Sequence record: SRR20825019_354
Direction: 5' to 3' (one strand)
DNA: 64,000 nt
Positions within the stretch are counted from its first letter, which is position 1. Each line of letters opens with the position of its first letter. The notes under the pieces were generated by a model. It had not been told where the DNA came from. It was given only the letters and a program-made list of their open reading frames with translations, and searched no databases. Below are positions 29,894 to 38,044 of this stretch, one piece after another. A program made the position numbers and the translations under genes.

Positions 29894-31038
29894 TCCATTT
29901 TTGAAGTATTCAAAGCATAAATAGCAAAGCTTCCTAACCAATGACCACCTTCGTAAGAATCTCCCACTAAGTTAGGGTACGAGTGATTTACATGTTGATT
30001 AGCTAAAGCTCTTAAATGCCCAAATTTTTGTGGGTATTGCTTAGCTAAACCATACAAAACCCAAGCTCTACTAAAGTTTAAACCGTCTAAATGTACAAGT
30101 TTACCATCTTTACGGTCTGAAACCTCACCTACAGCCAAAGTAAAATCATTATTTAATAATTGCGGCATAAAGTCTTGCATCCAAAGTAAAAAAGCTTCTT
30201 TTGGCAGTACTCGTCTCATAACATCTATTTCCTCAAGACAAGGCGATAAAAAATCATAGCCGCTAGGCTCCCAAGTTATAGGACAAGAGTTATCATTTAG
30301 ATAAAAATCTTTAGACCTTACTTTCAAGAGCTTTGCAAACTCTTCATTTTCTGTTGCTTTAGCATAATCTAATGCAAATGAAATACCAAAAGCCGAGTTT
30401 GTATGCTCACCAACTCTAATAGGGTAATTTAACTTTGGCAAAAACTCCTTATAGCGCTCAATAATTAAATTAGTTAGCGGTTTTAGATTTTCTTCTAACT
30501 CCTTTGCCATAGGAGATTCCCAAGTGTGTAATTCTTCAGAGAGCTTTAAAACCCAAGCCCAACCATATGTACGCTCATAAGATTTATTGTGTTCTTTTTT
30601 AAAATACTCTACCTCAGCTATAATATTCTCCTTAGATAAGTTTCTCTGAAGCGTTTCTTTTATAGCTTCCGCTTTTTTTAAGTCTGGGAATTGTTTTAAT
30701 AAAGATACCATAGACCAATGCGCATGTACAGATGAATGCCAATCAAAACACCCATAAAATGCTGGGTGAAGCTCATTAGGTTGCGCTATATCTGCTTTAC
30801 TTGCCAAGGTTTGCCCTAATTTATTTGGATATTCAGTATTAACACAAGACAATGGTAAGTTAGCAAGATTGTTAGCTTGCTCCAACGTTAGCACTACAGG
30901 CTCATCCTCTAGAGTACCAGCAACATCATCTATAATAGAGGTTGTATCTGTTTCGGAAGTTGAATTATTTAAATCTGTAGTAGACTTCTTACAGCTAAAA
31001 ATTACAAGTAATAATGCTAGTGAACAAAGATGCTTCAT
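29890..31038 (-). CDS. DUF2891 family lipoprotein
   Basis: Lipobox IFSC; HPAFYGCFDWHSSVH, YERTYGWAW, HLDGLNFSRAW, YEGGHWL. Confidence 0.85.
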   Translation of the reverse strand: MKHLCSLALLLVIFSCKKSTTDLNNSTSETDTTSIIDDVAGTLEDEPVVLTLEQANNLANLPLSCVNTEYPNKLGQTLASKADIAQPNELHPAFYGCFDWHSSVHAHWSMVSLLKQFPDLKKAEAIKETLQRNLSKENIIAEVEYFKKEHNKSYERTYGWAWVLKLSEELHTWESPMAKELEENLKPLTNLIIERYKEFLPKLNYPIRVGEHTNSAFGISFALDYAKATENEEFAKLLKVRSKDFYLNDNSCPITWEPSGYDFLSPCLEEIDVMRRVLPKEAFLLWMQDFMPQLLNNDFTLAVGEVSDRKDGKLVHLDGLNFSRAWVLYGLAKQYPQKFGHLRALANQHVNHSYPNLVGDSYEGGHWLGSFAIYALNTSKME

Positions 31039-31078
31039 AGTTGTGTATAAATTACGTTCTAAAAATAAGAAATAATAG

Positions 31079-32617
31079 CTAGCCTAACCAACCTTCACGA
31101 TCAAGACTTCTGTATTGTATGGCTTCTGAAATATGTGTACCTGTAACCTCGTCTGAAGCTTCTAGGTCTGCAATAGTTCTTGCAACTTTAAGAATACGAT
31201 CGTACGCCCTTGCAGATAGGTTTAAACGCTCCATTGCAGATTTTAATAACTGCATCGAGGCTTCATCTAGTTTGCAATACTCTCTAATTTGACGTACTCC
31301 CATTTGCGCATTATAATGTATAGTATCTAGGTCTTTAAAACGCTCAGTTTGCACTTCTCTAGCTTTGGTTACACGTTTTCTTATTTCAACACTACTTTCT
31401 GCTTTTCTGGCATCTGTTAGTTTTTCAAAAGGCACAGGTGTAACTTCAATATGAATGTCTATTCTATCTAATAGTGGTCCGGAAATTTTACTTAAGTAAC
31501 GCTGCATTTCTGCTGGAGAAGAACTTACCGGCGCATCTGGATCATTAAAATAACCGCCAGGACTAGGATTCATACTGGCAACCAACATAAAACTTGATGG
31601 GTAGGTTACTGTAAATTTAGCTCTCGAGATAGTAACCTCCCTATCTTCAAGAGGCTGCCTCATTACTTCTAAAACACTTCGTTTAAATTCTGGTAACTCA
31701 TCTAAAAACAATACACCATTATGAGATAAAGAAATTTCTCCTGGTTGTGGGTACGCACCACCACCTACAAGAGCAACATCACTAATAGTATGATGTGGAC
31801 TTCTAAATGGTCGCTCTGCCATTAAACCAGAATGCTCTCTCATTCTACCAGAAACACTATGAATTTTAGTTGTTTCCAAAGCTTCTTTTAAAGACATTGG
31901 CGGCAAGATAGATGGCAAACGTTTTGATAGCATGGTTTTTCCAGAACCTGGCGGACCTATAAGAATTATATTATGACCACCAGCAGCTGCAATTTCCATA
32001 CAGCGTTTAATTGATTCTTGTCCCTTTACATCGGCAAAATCGAATTCTGGATGATCCAATATTTTGTAAAATTCTTTTCGCGTATCAATAATAGTCTGCT
32101 CAAGTTTAATGTCTCTATCAAAAAAGTCGATTACTTGAGATATGTTATCCACACCATACACTTTTAGGCCATCTACAATAGCAGCTTCTTTTGCGTTTTG
32201 ACTAGGTAATATAAAACCTTCAAAGCCTTCTTCCCTAGCCTTAATAGCTATAGGTAATGCGCCTTTTATAGGTTGTAAAGAGCCATCTAACGAAAGCTCT
32301 CCCATTATAATATACTTTGCTATTTGTTCTGCTTTTATTTGAGACGATGCGATTAAGATTCCTAATGCTAAAGTTAGGTCGTACGCAGATCCTTCCTTTC
32401 GCATATCTGCAGGAGCCATATTTAAGGTGATCTTTTTACCTGGAAGTTTGTAGCCTACATTTTTTAATGCTGCTGCTATACGATAACTACTTTCTTGAAT
32501 TGCTTTATCTGGAAGACCTACTAAATGATAACCAATGCCTTTGTCAACATTTACCTCTACAGTGATAGTTGTAGCCTCTACGCCAAAGACTGCACTACCA
32601 AATACTTTTATGAGCAT
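31079..32617 (-). CDS. comM: YifB/ComM family Mg-chelatase-like AAA+ ATPase
   Basis: [33 protein letters not shown]. Confidence 0.9.
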   Translation of the reverse strand: MLIKVFGSAVFGVEATTITVEVNVDKGIGYHLVGLPDKAIQESSYRIAAALKNVGYKLPGKKITLNMAPADMRKEGSAYDLTLALGILIASSQIKAEQIAKYIIMGELSLDGSLQPIKGALPIAIKAREEGFEGFILPSQNAKEAAIVDGLKVYGVDNISQVIDFFDRDIKLEQTIIDTRKEFYKILDHPEFDFADVKGQESIKRCMEIAAAGGHNIILIGPPGSGKTMLSKRLPSILPPMSLKEALETTKIHSVSGRMREHSGLMAERPFRSPHHTISDVALVGGGAYPQPGEISLSHNGVLFLDELPEFKRSVLEVMRQPLEDREVTISRAKFTVTYPSSFMLVASMNPSPGGYFNDPDAPVSSSPAEMQRYLSKISGPLLDRIDIHIEVTPVPFEKLTDARKAESSVEIRKRVTKAREVQTERFKDLDTIHYNAQMGVRQIREYCKLDEASMQLLKSAMERLNLSARAYDRILKVARTIADLEASDEVTGTHISEAIQYRSLDREGWLG

Positions 32618-32655
32618 GTGTGCTTGTTTTCTTTAAAAGTAGTGAAAATAAAAAA

Positions 32656-32798
32656 AGAATGCTCCGAGTGGCTATTGTAACGTGTTTATGTTGGTTAATA
32701 CATCACGTATTATATACTCTAAAGTATATAAATCTTTACAGGTTAAGTGCGGTCAACAACTTGAGGCCTGTTAGAATTTGGAGCATTCTATTTTTTCT
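32656..32798. ncRNA. Candidate multi-stem structured RNA or cis-element
   Basis: 14-bp closing stem (32656-32669 with 32776-32789) enclosing three hairpins, with T/A-runs on both sides. Confidence 0.45.
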
Positions 32799-32889
32799 TA
32801 AAATTGGTACTTCAAAATTTAGTTGAAATTTACAGTAGCTATAAATACAGTAAGCTATGTTATTTCATTTAAAATACTTTTAGTTTTCA

Positions 32890-33042
32890 AAGAGGTGAAT
32901 TTTGTTCAAAAGAGTGGAGTTAAATCCTAATTTGGGGCAAAATAAATTTCCTATTTCGAACATTGTTTAACCAATGTGCTTAGTTGGATTTATTCTCCAC
33001 TCTATTTAAACTTCATCTATAAATAGACTCTAACAATTAATC
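32890..33042 (-). ncRNA. Candidate small RNA downstream of the response regulator
   Basis: Long stem (32911-32927 with 32986-33003) and inner ACATTG/CAATGT hairpin; -7-like element at 33048-33055; no meaningful ORF. Confidence 0.4.
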
Positions 33043-33098
33043 TGATGTAAAAATACGAGGATATTGAGTGTTAAGAGTGATTTTACCCTTAACATAGT

Positions 33099-33113
33099 TA
33101 TGGCTGAACCATA
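33099..33113. promoter_or_regulatory. Palindromic operator TATGG-N5-CCATA (copy 2)
   Basis: TATGGCTGAACCATA(C); near-identical to 36202-36217. Confidence 0.6.
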
Positions 33114-33137
33114 CTATTTAATTTTTTAATTAAAATT

Positions 33138-33812
33138 TTAAAGAAAACCCTGTTCTTTAGCTTTTTGGATAAGAGAAACATCGTTTCTTGTGCTAATATC
33201 AAACAGTTTTCGTAAAGATTTCTTTCGCTTTTCTATTGCATTAATAGAAAGTGAAACATATTCTGGTAAGTCTTTTGTTTGAACACCTTTAGAAAGATGA
33301 AATAATATTTTTCTATCCAGCTCATCTATAACATTTCTATTTGTCATGTCATTTCTTATAAACTGCTTAACAGATTTACTATAATATGGAGGATCGTTAT
33401 TTATTGTATCAAAAGCCTTTACCAACTCAGATGAGTTTACATCACTCTTTACTAAGAAGCCGTCTGGGTTCACATTTTTAAGAATACTATGAATACGGTA
33501 ATTATCATTAAACATAGTTAAGAACACAAGCTTAGAAGACGGTGATAACCTGTTTGCTCGTAATCCTAAATCTTCGCCAGATAATATTCTGCCATCTTTA
33601 GATGGAGGCAGCTGTATATCTAAAAATATAATATCGTATGGTGTGCCGGTTGTAGAGTTTTGAATCTTCTCCATACCTTCATCACAATCTTGAGCAGATT
33701 CTATGATAAGTTCATAATCATCTGATGACATATCTTGGAGAGCATTCTTATAGCCCTCGATAATCATAGGATGATCATCTACAATAAGGAGTTTAAGCCG
33801 TTTTTTTGTCAA
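33138..33812 (-). CDS. NarL/LuxR-like response regulator
   Basis: REC domain (IVDDHP, IIFLDIQLP, LTM, GFLVKS) plus C-terminal HTH-like region. Confidence 0.9.
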   Translation of the reverse strand: MTKKRLKLLIVDDHPMIIEGYKNALQDMSSDDYELIIESAQDCDEGMEKIQNSTTGTPYDIIFLDIQLPPSKDGRILSGEDLGLRANRLSPSSKLVFLTMFNDNYRIHSILKNVNPDGFLVKSDVNSSELVKAFDTINNDPPYYSKSVKQFIRNDMTNRNVIDELDRKILFHLSKGVQTKDLPEYVSLSINAIEKRKKSLRKLFDISTRNDVSLIQKAKEQGFL

Positions 33813-35835
33813 AATAATTGGTTTTAGGGACTGTAACCTCTATTAAAGTTCCTTTAGAAAGTTCTGAAGTGATTTTTATTGTTCCCTGCAAATCCTTAAC
33901 TCTTGATGTCATATTTGACAAACCAATTCCTTGTGATTTTTTCTGAACATTAAAACCTACACCATCATCCTCAATAGTAACTTTAATGTGATTTTGATTG
34001 GCATTAAAGGTAAGCAAAACTTCGGTAGCATCTGCATATTTATTTATGTTCTGTATGGCTTCCTGTAGTATTCTGTAAATGTTAATTTTAACCTTACCAT
34101 CTATCATATCCCAATCCAAATCGGTTTGAGTTTGTATAGCATAATTAAAGTTTCCGGCTTTTGATTGTATTTCCAAAAGCTCTTCAATTAAAGAAGTAAA
34201 AACCTGTTCCTCTTTTAACACCTTACTTTGTAGGTTATGAGAAATACTTCGTATCTCCTCTTCTATTTCCTTTAACCTATCTATATAGTTTTGCCTGTTA
34301 TTAATTGCACTTTCATCATGCTTTGTATTTAAACTCCCTAAGCTTAAACGAGTACCAAATAAACTTCCTAAAACACCATCATGGAGTTCTTTAGAAATTC
34401 TCTGTTTTTCACGTTTTCTTCCTTCAGAAATTTTATTTTGCTGATCTATCATTAAATTATAAATCTGCTCATTTGCTAACTGTTGTTCACGTTCTAACTT
34501 AAGTTGATTGTTTTTAGATAATTGACTCTTTATAACGAATAGTAACCCAAAAACCACTAATGCAATTAATAAGCTTATAGTAATATTTCTAACTCGCTCG
34601 CTTAACGCATTGTTCTTATCTATATACTCATCTGTCTCATATCTAATTCTAGCAAATTTATTTTGCATTAAACGTTCTTGAGCTTGCAAACTGTCTGATA
34701 AAACTATGTACCTATTTGCATAAGCTCTAGCATTAAGCGTATCTAATTTAGACAACTTGAGTAAGGATGCTAGTATATCATCTGTATAGTTTGATTCTTC
34801 TGAAAGTTTTTTTGCTTCCTTGGCATAACTTAACGCCTTATCATAATTTCCTTCTCCCAAAAAGTAATCAGATAAATTTAACCTGCTTTCTATCATACCA
34901 GGATCAAACTTTATACTATCTCTTATTTGTTTTGCTTTGTAAAAAAGGTATGGGATCTCTGCATTATTACCGCTCTTAAAGTTAGAGAAGGCAATATTAT
35001 CTAATAGCGCAGAGTAAAGAATCGTATTTTTATAGAATAAGCTATCAACTGTTAAGGCTTGATTAAATGATGTAATTGCATCATCATAACTACCCTTATT
35101 TTTATAAACAACACCAATATTATTAAGAGACACAGCCTTTAAAGTAGGATCACTTTCAAACCTATCTAATGTTTTTAAAGCTTTGCGGTGATAGTATAAG
35201 GCATCTTGATATTCTTCCAACTCATTATTAATGATACCAATATTGTTATAACAGCTATATAAATACTGTTGCTTTCCTAAAGGTTCAAATTTATTTATGG
35301 CTGTAATCGTTGTATTCTCACTACCTATGTAATCCCTTACATTAGTTTGAATGATTGCCATGTTAAGTAACATTTTAGCAGCATTATAATCATTCCCTAA
35401 ATCTTCGAATATAGATTTGGCTTTAAAATAACGTTCGTAAGCTTCTTTGTTTTTGAGTTGTTTATCTCTATAATAAGTTGCAGCATCCCATAATAAAATT
35501 GCTAGCGTTGTGGAATCATTTATTTTTTCAGAAAGCTCAACCCCTTTATTGTTTACATTTAAAAAGTTGGAAGTATCACCTAATTTATAAAACTGATATG
35601 AAATTCTTTTGTAGTAATTATTTTTTAATGAATCTGAATTTATTTGTTCAGCAAATTTAAAAGCTTTTAACAGTATATTGTTTTTCTGTTGGTCAGTTAA
35701 ATCTTGTCTTTTGTATTCATCAATATAAAATTTAAGGCTATCATTTACTGCTAAATTCTTTTCATGAAAATCAAATCCCTCAGAACAAGAGAGTAAAAAG
35801 AATAAAATTAGATATATGTAATATTTATATTTCAT
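33793..35835 (-). CDS. TPR-repeat sensor histidine kinase (HisKA_3/NarX-type)
   Basis: Lipobox-like N-terminus (FFLLSC), TPR-like YNNIG/LNNIG repeats, one TM segment, ISKELHDG H-box, QEAIQNINKYA, DDGVGF, GIGL; ATG at 35835. Confidence 0.9.
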   Translation of the reverse strand: MKYKYYIYLILFFLLSCSEGFDFHEKNLAVNDSLKFYIDEYKRQDLTDQQKNNILLKAFKFAEQINSDSLKNNYYKRISYQFYKLGDTSNFLNVNNKGVELSEKINDSTTLAILLWDAATYYRDKQLKNKEAYERYFKAKSIFEDLGNDYNAAKMLLNMAIIQTNVRDYIGSENTTITAINKFEPLGKQQYLYSCYNNIGIINNELEEYQDALYYHRKALKTLDRFESDPTLKAVSLNNIGVVYKNKGSYDDAITSFNQALTVDSLFYKNTILYSALLDNIAFSNFKSGNNAEIPYLFYKAKQIRDSIKFDPGMIESRLNLSDYFLGEGNYDKALSYAKEAKKLSEESNYTDDILASLLKLSKLDTLNARAYANRYIVLSDSLQAQERLMQNKFARIRYETDEYIDKNNALSERVRNITISLLIALVVFGLLFVIKSQLSKNNQLKLEREQQLANEQIYNLMIDQQNKISEGRKREKQRISKELHDGVLGSLFGTRLSLGSLNTKHDESAINNRQNYIDRLKEIEEEIRSISHNLQSKVLKEEQVFTSLIEELLEIQSKAGNFNYAIQTQTDLDWDMIDGKVKINIYRILQEAIQNINKYADATEVLLTFNANQNHIKVTIEDDGVGFNVQKKSQGIGLSNMTSRVKDLQGTIKITSELSKGTLIEVTVPKTNYFDKKTA

Positions 35836-35863
35836 ACAGAGTTCAAATATATCTAAAACCAAT

Positions 35864-35898
35864 AAAAAAGCCTTTGAAAATTATTCAAAGGCTTTTTT
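35864..35898. terminator. Intrinsic terminator after the small lipopeptide gene
   Basis: AAAAAAGCCTTTGAA-AATTA-TTCAAAGGCTTTTTT. Confidence 0.85.
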
Positions 35899-35920
35899 AT
35901 TTTTTTAAATGTAAAAACTA

Positions 35921-36067
35921 TTATAGTCCTTCATCTTCTCTGTCTGCAGGTACTTGTACCTGATCTCCTACACCGTTGTCAACGTCTTGTGGTAATTCAT
36001 CTGCTTCACAAGCTGCGAATGAGAATGCGAATACTGTAAGAGCGAAAGTGTAAATTAATTTTTTCAT
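35921..36067 (-). CDS. Unannotated 48-aa acidic lipopeptide MKKLIYTFALTVFAFSFAACEADELPQDVDNGVGDQVQVPADREDEGL
   Basis: Manual translation; SPII signal (MKK, hydrophobic core, FAA-C); has its own promoter and terminator. Confidence 0.8.
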   Translation of the reverse strand: MKKLIYTFALTVFAFSFAACEADELPQDVDNGVGDQVQVPADREDEGL

Positions 36068-36150
36068 AATAATGATATTTGTTAGAGTTATATTGTATTA
36101 AATTGTAATCAAATTAACTAAATAAGATTCTTATTTTAAATCTTACACTA

Positions 36151-36180
36151 CAAAAATATATACAAACTGTTACATACCAA
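36151..36180 (-). promoter_or_regulatory. Housekeeping-type promoter of the lipopeptide gene
   Basis: Minus strand TTG-N19-TATTTTTG. Confidence 0.6.
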
Positions 36181-36200
36181 CATTTTAAACCCTATCATAT

Positions 36201-36228
36201 GTATGGTTGAACCATACAATTGGTATGG
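36201..36228. promoter_or_regulatory. Palindromic operator GTATGGTT-G-AACCATAC (copy 1) with an extra half-site
   Basis: Perfect inverted repeat at 36201-36217 followed by AATTG-GTATGG. Confidence 0.65.
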
Positions 36229-36232
36229 CTAT

Positions 36233-38041
36233 TTATTTGCTGGCTATCCAAGCTTCTACTTTTTGAGTTAGAATATCTAACGGTAATGCACCGTCTTTAA
36301 GTATAATATCATGAAACTCTTTAATATCAAAATTGCTTCCTAGCTTTTCCTCAGATAAGTTCCTTAATTCTAATATTTTATTCATTCCAACTTTGTAAGC
36401 GGTTGCTTGGCCAGGCATTACTATATGACGTTCAACCATTTTTATACAGTCGCTTTCTGCATTTGGTGTATTCTTTTTATAATACTCAATACCTTCTTCA
36501 CGTGTCCATTTCTTAGCGTGTATACCCGTATCTACAACTAAACGGCAAGAGCGCCACAATTCCATGGCTAAACGACCAAAATCTGAATAAGGATCTTTAT
36601 AATACCCTACTTCTTTGGGTATATATTCTGAATATAATGCCCAACCTTCTACATAAGCTGTGTAAAAACTATGCTTTCTAAAAGCTGGTATGTTTTCTAG
36701 TTCTTGAGATATTGCAATTTGCATGTGGTGACCAGGTATGCCTTCGTGGTATGCTAAAGCTTCCATTTGGTAGGTAGGCATAGCACTCATATCATAAAGG
36801 TTAACATAATAAGTGCCAGGTCTAGATCCATCTATTGCTGGCTGTTGGTAAAAGGCTTTACCTGCACTTTTTTCTCTAAATGGCTCCACTGCCTTTACTA
36901 CGAGTTCTGCTTTTGGCTTTGTATTAAACAATTTATCTAAGGTACCTTTCATGGTATTGATGATTGCTGTAGCCTTATCTTTATAAGCTTGCTTATCTTC
37001 TACCGTATTTTTATAGTAAAACTTTTCATCTTCACGCATAAATTTAAAGAAGTCCTGCAATGTACCGTTAAAACCTACATCTTGCATAATTTGCTCCATT
37101 TCCTTGTGTATACGAGCAACTTCATTTAATCCAATCTCATGTATTTCATTTGCTGTGAGACTAGTAGTGGTAGTTCTTTTAAGTGCTAAATTATAAAATT
37201 GATCTCCTTTAGGGAATTTCCATACACCATTTTCAACTGTAGCTCTTTGTTGTTGGTCCTGCATTGTAGAAATTAAACCCTCAAAAGCTGGTCTTACTTG
37301 TTCTGTAAGTGCTTTTTCTGCTTTATTTAATAAGTCCTCTTTTTCATCCTTAGGTATTGAAAGTGTATTTACTTTGGTCGTAAAATCTTCCATTAACGCA
37401 CTTACTTCGTTACTCTTTTCAAAAGGTCTTCCTTTAATTAGATTCTTACTATCTCCTATAACTTTCTCAAAAACAAACTTTGGAGGCATTATTCCATTAG
37501 TTTCACGAATGCTCAAATTTTCAGAAACGTCTGCATATACTTTTTCTAAACCTTTTAACCTAGAAATATAAGCCTCTGCATCTTCAACAGAGTTTATACT
37601 ATGCATATTGATAAGGAATGCAGGAATTTCGGCATGCATACCGTGCATTTGATTAACAGGATAATTGTATAATCTAAACGCATAATCTTCAATAGTATGC
37701 TCTAAATCTTGTTTGTATAATGTGTAGCTAAGTGCAGTTTCCTTATTTAAAGCGTTTACATTTAGGCTGTCATTTAAATAAGCCAACCTGTTTTTTGCTC
37801 TCTCAAGTTCTTTTGCTTCTGCTTGGTTAGAAAAATCATCCCATTCTCCATAATTAGTTTTTACTCCTAATTGTGTTTGAAGCATAGGGCTAATTGAAAC
37901 ATCTTCTTTAAATGAGGCTTCAAAAAAATCATTTGCCTTTTTACTTTCTGTTGCTATTGTTTCTTCAGAAATAGGTTCTGAATTTTGTTTGCAAGAGAAA
38001 AGCGCAACGACTAGCGTTGCGCCTATTATATATTTATTCAT
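36233..38041 (-). CDS. DUF885 family lipoprotein (putative metallopeptidase-like)
   Basis: Lipobox LFSC; HEGIPGHHMQ, YVEGWALYSE, RLVVDTGIH, PGQATAYKVG. Confidence 0.9.
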   Translation of the reverse strand: MNKYIIGATLVVALFSCKQNSEPISEETIATESKKANDFFEASFKEDVSISPMLQTQLGVKTNYGEWDDFSNQAEAKELERAKNRLAYLNDSLNVNALNKETALSYTLYKQDLEHTIEDYAFRLYNYPVNQMHGMHAEIPAFLINMHSINSVEDAEAYISRLKGLEKVYADVSENLSIRETNGIMPPKFVFEKVIGDSKNLIKGRPFEKSNEVSALMEDFTTKVNTLSIPKDEKEDLLNKAEKALTEQVRPAFEGLISTMQDQQQRATVENGVWKFPKGDQFYNLALKRTTTTSLTANEIHEIGLNEVARIHKEMEQIMQDVGFNGTLQDFFKFMREDEKFYYKNTVEDKQAYKDKATAIINTMKGTLDKLFNTKPKAELVVKAVEPFREKSAGKAFYQQPAIDGSRPGTYYVNLYDMSAMPTYQMEALAYHEGIPGHHMQIAISQELENIPAFRKHSFYTAYVEGWALYSEYIPKEVGYYKDPYSDFGRLAMELWRSCRLVVDTGIHAKKWTREEGIEYYKKNTPNAESDCIKMVERHIVMPGQATAYKVGMNKILELRNLSEEKLGSNFDIKEFHDIILKDGALPLDILTQKVEAWIASK

Positions 38042-38044
38042 AAA

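Noticed and set aside
32620-32826. 68-aa plus-strand ORF in the ORF track
   Set aside because: No recognisable protein features; it overlaps a strongly base-paired element better explained as RNA structure.
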